Positions 59,801 through 64,000 of a stretch of 64,000 nucleotides of DNA are shown here, piece after piece (the stretch's first letter is position 1; every line of letters begins with the position of its first letter). Made by a program: the position numbers and the translations under genes. Source of the DNA: Octopus bimaculoides (taxonomy: Eukaryota); NCBI RefSeq assembly GCF_001194135.2, contig NC_069006.1, positions 11,557,854 to 11,621,853 of the forward strand, written 5' to 3'. The notes beneath the pieces are model-generated. The model searched no databases. It saw only the letters and a program-made list of their open reading frames with translations, and was not told where the DNA came from.

Positions 59801-60986
59801 AGCAACAAACAAGATGAGGATAAATATCCATCAATTGTAAATAATGTATATATCTGATGGGTTTCTTTCAGTTTGAATCTATGAAATCCACTCTCAGGGC
59901 TGTGGTAGGAATGGGGCTATAATAGAAGGCACTTGCCCAAGGTGTCATGAGGTAGTACTGAACCTGGAACCATGTGGTCGGGAAGCAAATATTTTACCAC
60001 CAAAGCCACTATTTCCTTATTTTTCATCAACAATTTTAACAAATCATTTAATAATATCTTCTCCTTCACAACTTCTTGTCAACCTTGCTTGAATGATGAT
60101 GATGATGATGCTCATTTGCAGCCCTCACAAGATGTCTAGACAATGGCACACAGTCATGGCAGGTGTAAGGCATCTGTTTATCATGGTGACCATATAAAAC
60201 ATTGACAATACTGTTTCTTCTCTCTGTCTCTTTTACCACTTCTACCCCCCCNNNNNNNNNNNNNNNNNNACACAACTACCACTGTCTCTATTTCACAGAC
60301 ACACTGTTTCTTCTCTCTAACCATTCTACTACTACTGCTACTACTACATCCTCACCAACACACTCCTGCTACTTTGTAACAGTTGAAATTCTGAAGTGCT
60401 GGGGTTTCTTCTCCACCAATTTCCCTCGTGAGATCTATGCTGAGAGGTGGGACTGAACATGAGACCTCATGTCTGCAAAGGGAGCTTCTTAAGCACGCAT
60501 CCATGCCTGCACCTATAGGTGTTGGTCATTGTCAATAAACAGCTTCGTTAACATTTTACTTAAAAAAAATAATAAATAGAAAGAAAAAGAAAAGAAAAAG
60601 ATGACTATTTGCTCTAGAGAGTTCCTGACCAATAAAACAAGGTTTTTATATTTTGAGCCTACTTTGTGTGATAATATATATTATTCCTATGTTTACCAAA
60701 TATAGAAATGGCATTGTCTCACCGGAACCAAGTACTTTAGCTGTGTAATTTATTTATTTATTTATTTAACAGCTGTAACTTTTCCCTCTTGTTTGTGGCC
60801 AACCTATTTCTGCTTTTTCTACTTTGAAAATACAGCTTCTTCACTAATCTACACAAGCCCCTCTCTCACTTTTCTGACTCATAGTCTCTAATGTTCTCTA
60901 AATAGTATTGTTTTAACTCTTTTACTATGGCACTAATACATATATATGTACGTGTGTGTATGTATGTATATATATGTGTATATATA

Positions 60987-61143
60987 GGCGCAGGAGTGGA
61001 TGTGTGGTAAGTAGCTTGCTTACCCACCACATGGTTCCCAGGTTCAGTCCTACTGTGTGGCACCTTGGGCAAGTGTCTTCTACTATAGCCTTGGGTCAAC
61101 CAGTGGATTTGGTAGGTGAAAACTGAAAGAAGCCTGTTGTATA
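60987..61143 (+). mobile_element. SINE family A, 5' part (low divergence)
   Basis: ggcgcaggagtggatgtgtggtaagtagcttgc..ggttcagtcc..ggcaccttgggcaagtgtcttctactatagcc. Confidence 0.85.
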
Positions 61144-61903
61144 TGTGTAGAGGTGCAATCTATGTGGGTGTCTTTTCAGAATTTTGTCTGGTTTAAAAAG
61201 CCACATCAGATGCCATGATGGTGCTAAGGTGTAGGTACAGGAGGTGGTCATCCCAAGGATATGGATTCTGATGTTGAAGTCATGTGATTTGTGGAAATGC
61301 ACATAGTGATGTATCAAATATTTATAAAATCCATCCTAGAATTATTGTTATTATTAAAAATATATATATATATATATATATNNNNNNNNNNNNNNNNNNN
61401 NNNNNNNNNNNNNNNNNNNNNNNNNNNNNNNNNNNNNNNNNNNNNNNNNNNNNNNNNNNNNNNNNNNNNNNNNNNNNNNNNNNNNNNNNNNNNNNNNNNN
61501 NNNNNNNNNNNNNNNNNNNNNNNNNNNNNNNNNNNNNNNNNNNNNNNNNNNNNNNNNNNNNNNNNNNNNNNNNNNNNNNNNNNNNNNNNNNNNNNNNNNN
61601 NNNNNNNNNNNNNNNNNNNNNNNNNNNNNNNNNNNNNNNNNNNNNNNNNNNNNNNNNNNNNNNNNNNNNNNNNNNNNNNNNNNNNNNNNNNNNNNNNNNN
61701 NNNNNNNNNNNNNNNNNNNNNNNNNNNNNNNNNNNNNNNNNNNNNNNNNNNNNNNNNNNNNNNNNNNNNNNNNNNNNNNNNNNNNNNNNNNNNNNNNNNN
61801 NNNNNNNNNNNNNNNNNNNNNNNNNNNNNNNNNNNNNNNNNNNNNNNNNNNNNNNNNNNNNNNNNNNNNNNNNNNNNNNNNNNNNNNNNNNNNNNNNNNN
61901 NNN

Positions 61904-61957
<54 letters not shown>

Positions 61958-63823
61958 CTGTGGAACCTCAGACAACAAACTCCTCTCGTCACAAAGAAAT
62001 TGGTTTACGAAAAATTTTTTGAACATAAAACATCTTGGATGATGAACAGTGTCTTGAATAGTAAACACTCAAACCTGCAACAACTGTTGGCAACAATTTG
62101 GGAGTATCAACTGGAGAGCATCTGTTGCTGTTTAGCTTTCACTCAGTGTCAATCCCTGCTCAAATTTTCCATGCCTTCTCTTGAATTTTTTATGGGGAAA
62201 AATAGTTTCAGTTTACAAACATTTTGAGTGACAACAGCCTTCAGGAACAAATTAAGTTTGTAAACCATCGTTCCACTGTATATTATATGTATGGTTTGTT
62301 TTTATATCGAGTTATAATGAAAACAATTTAGCTTTAAAATAAAGAATTACTCAATACTTTTACGTAGATGTGTTCCAACAGGGAGGTTAACCCTGTGATG
62401 GACTAGCATCCTGTTCAGGGGAAGTGTGTTGTGATCTTAGTCATTTATAGGCTATGGAAACCATGTTCTCTGACCTTAGGAATCCTGGAGCATATGACAA
62501 ACCTACATCTAACTCTATGGCTGGATGGATGCCATTCCTACCATCAACCACTTTACATGGTGCCAACACTAAAGGGGTGGAAGAGTCCTCAGTGAGAGAA
62601 AACCAAATGGATTTCACAATCCACCACTCTCTCTGCTCTTTTGCCAACTTCAACACCAGCACTAGCACTGTATATTTGTCTCTCTGTCTTTTATAACTCC
62701 TCAACAACCACAATGATAGAGAGTCTCTATGCGGTTTATTGATTTGCTAGAAATAACAGCCAAATAATATGCTATCATCTTGAAAAAGAAAAAAAAGGGG
62801 AAAAACGGGAAAGGATACATTGGACATTGTACTCCTTGATATTCAGTATTTGAAATATAAAATGAGGTGGTTATGACTGGAATACTGTTGATTCAGGGCT
62901 GAGAAAAGGTTAAGGGTGCTACTTTGGTGTGTGGTTTACAATTTAAAGGGTAATTACTTTAGTTTACTTTTCAATTTCTTAAGATGTTGGCTGCCAAACT
63001 TGTGTCGCCTACATGCTTATTTTAATTATGATATTGTTTATTCTTGGTTTCTTATTATTTACTGAGACATAAATGAAACATGGTTTTATTATTATTAAAA
63101 TTGTAAGAATTTTGAAACAAAAGAATTTATAAAAAATTAGAATGGCTATTTGATAATAAAGATGAAATACAAATTTGAATACTTTTATCAATGAATTGAG
63201 CAAACATCTGCTAGAAACACAAGAACATCTTAAGGGATTTTAGAAATTGTAAAGTAAATTTAAAAGTAACCGAAAGTAATTGTCCTTTAAGTTTTAGATC
63301 ATACTCCAAAGTGGCACCGGGCTAAGCAACATACTTTTTGATTGTTTTCATAAATTCTTAGTTATAATGTTAGCCATTTTATTGGCCTTCATTGTTTAAC
63401 CCTAGGTCAGCCCTGATCCAGCTGGTTTATGATCAAATGCATTCCAATTGTGGCGACCCTGCTTGAGCATGATTTGAAAGAGATTTGCCTACCATTTCTT
63501 GCAGGTTATGCAACCACATAGAGGCTCTCTCTAGAAGTGGTGGTGTTGATGTTGTGACGGTAATAGTCAAGTATTGATTCAGTAAAACAAATGTTTGGAT
63601 GTGAATGGATGTTGTAGTTTAGTTCCCTGTCCCCCCAGGTCAGTGTGTGTGTGTGTTACTGTGTTTCAAGGATTACATTATACATGTATCGTTCTTAAGA
63701 TGGCAATATGACTTGAGCTGTTATTTCTAGCCGGTCAAGCAACCATGTGGAAGTTTCTTCCTCTTTGAGTGTCGATGTGTCATCGAGACAGAGGGAAAGA
63801 GAATGTGTGCATAAATGCTTGTA

Positions 63824-63855
<32 letters not shown>

Positions 63856-63967
63856 AGCAGGTGTATGCTTGTCTCTGTGTTTTTCAATAAGTATCCTTCA
63901 TTTCAGAACCACTTTCAACCCTGTTTTAAGCAAGATATATATTTTATGTATGTCTTGTTTGTATATA

Positions 63968-64000
<33 letters not shown>

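Larger units (their letters stand above)
59230..59846 (+). mobile_element. Penelope-like element: inverted partial pLTR, GIY-YIG C-terminus, tRNA-like cassette, (AAT)n, pLTR with hammerhead
   Basis: 14-bp TSD TATATATCTGATGG (59216-59229 and 59847-59860). Inverted repeat 59257-59331 vs 59776-59853. Coding remnant IDKSGIADHVWKNGDHLSPWDE/VKIIDREHHWKIR*LK..IWEPVL at 59340-59572. Inserted in a minus-strand SINE-A (58795-58985 and 59854-60008). Confidence 0.85.

Noticed and set aside
62441-62713. Overlapping 80-90-aa ORFs on both strands (also 13850-14035)
   Set aside because: No recognisable domain or convincing splice signals, and the lengths are within chance expectation.

Overview
Eukaryotic, AT-rich, repeat-dense draft scaffold with 17 N-gaps, mostly bounded by (TA)n/(TG)n/(CA)n microsatellites. 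The SINE families and RTE LINEs look like a coleoid cephalopod (Octopus-like) genome; this is an inference. Only one convincing host gene is present: a chloride intracellular channel (CLIC, GST-fold) whose whole CDS lies in one exon (18023-18799, +), inside a roughly 8.5 kb SINE-poor island. The rest is intron-like or intergenic DNA carrying a degenerate L1/Tx1-like ORF1, several truncated RTE LINEs, at least three tRNA-headed SINE families, piggyBac- and hAT-type MITEs with intact TSDs, a head-to-tail Helitron cluster and a Penelope-like element. The most interesting items are three. (1) The Penelope-like insertion (59230-59846, 14-bp TSD) carries a tRNA-like Pol III cassette upstream of a minimal dimer-type hammerhead ribozyme. 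(2) The RTE 3' UTR contains a repeated 66-nt hairpin plus pseudoknot module with conserved stems and variable loops. (3) A PHD-type zinc finger is embedded inside the RTE reverse transcriptase. No database searches were run, so all family assignments come from motif recognition, and many repeat boundaries are approximate.
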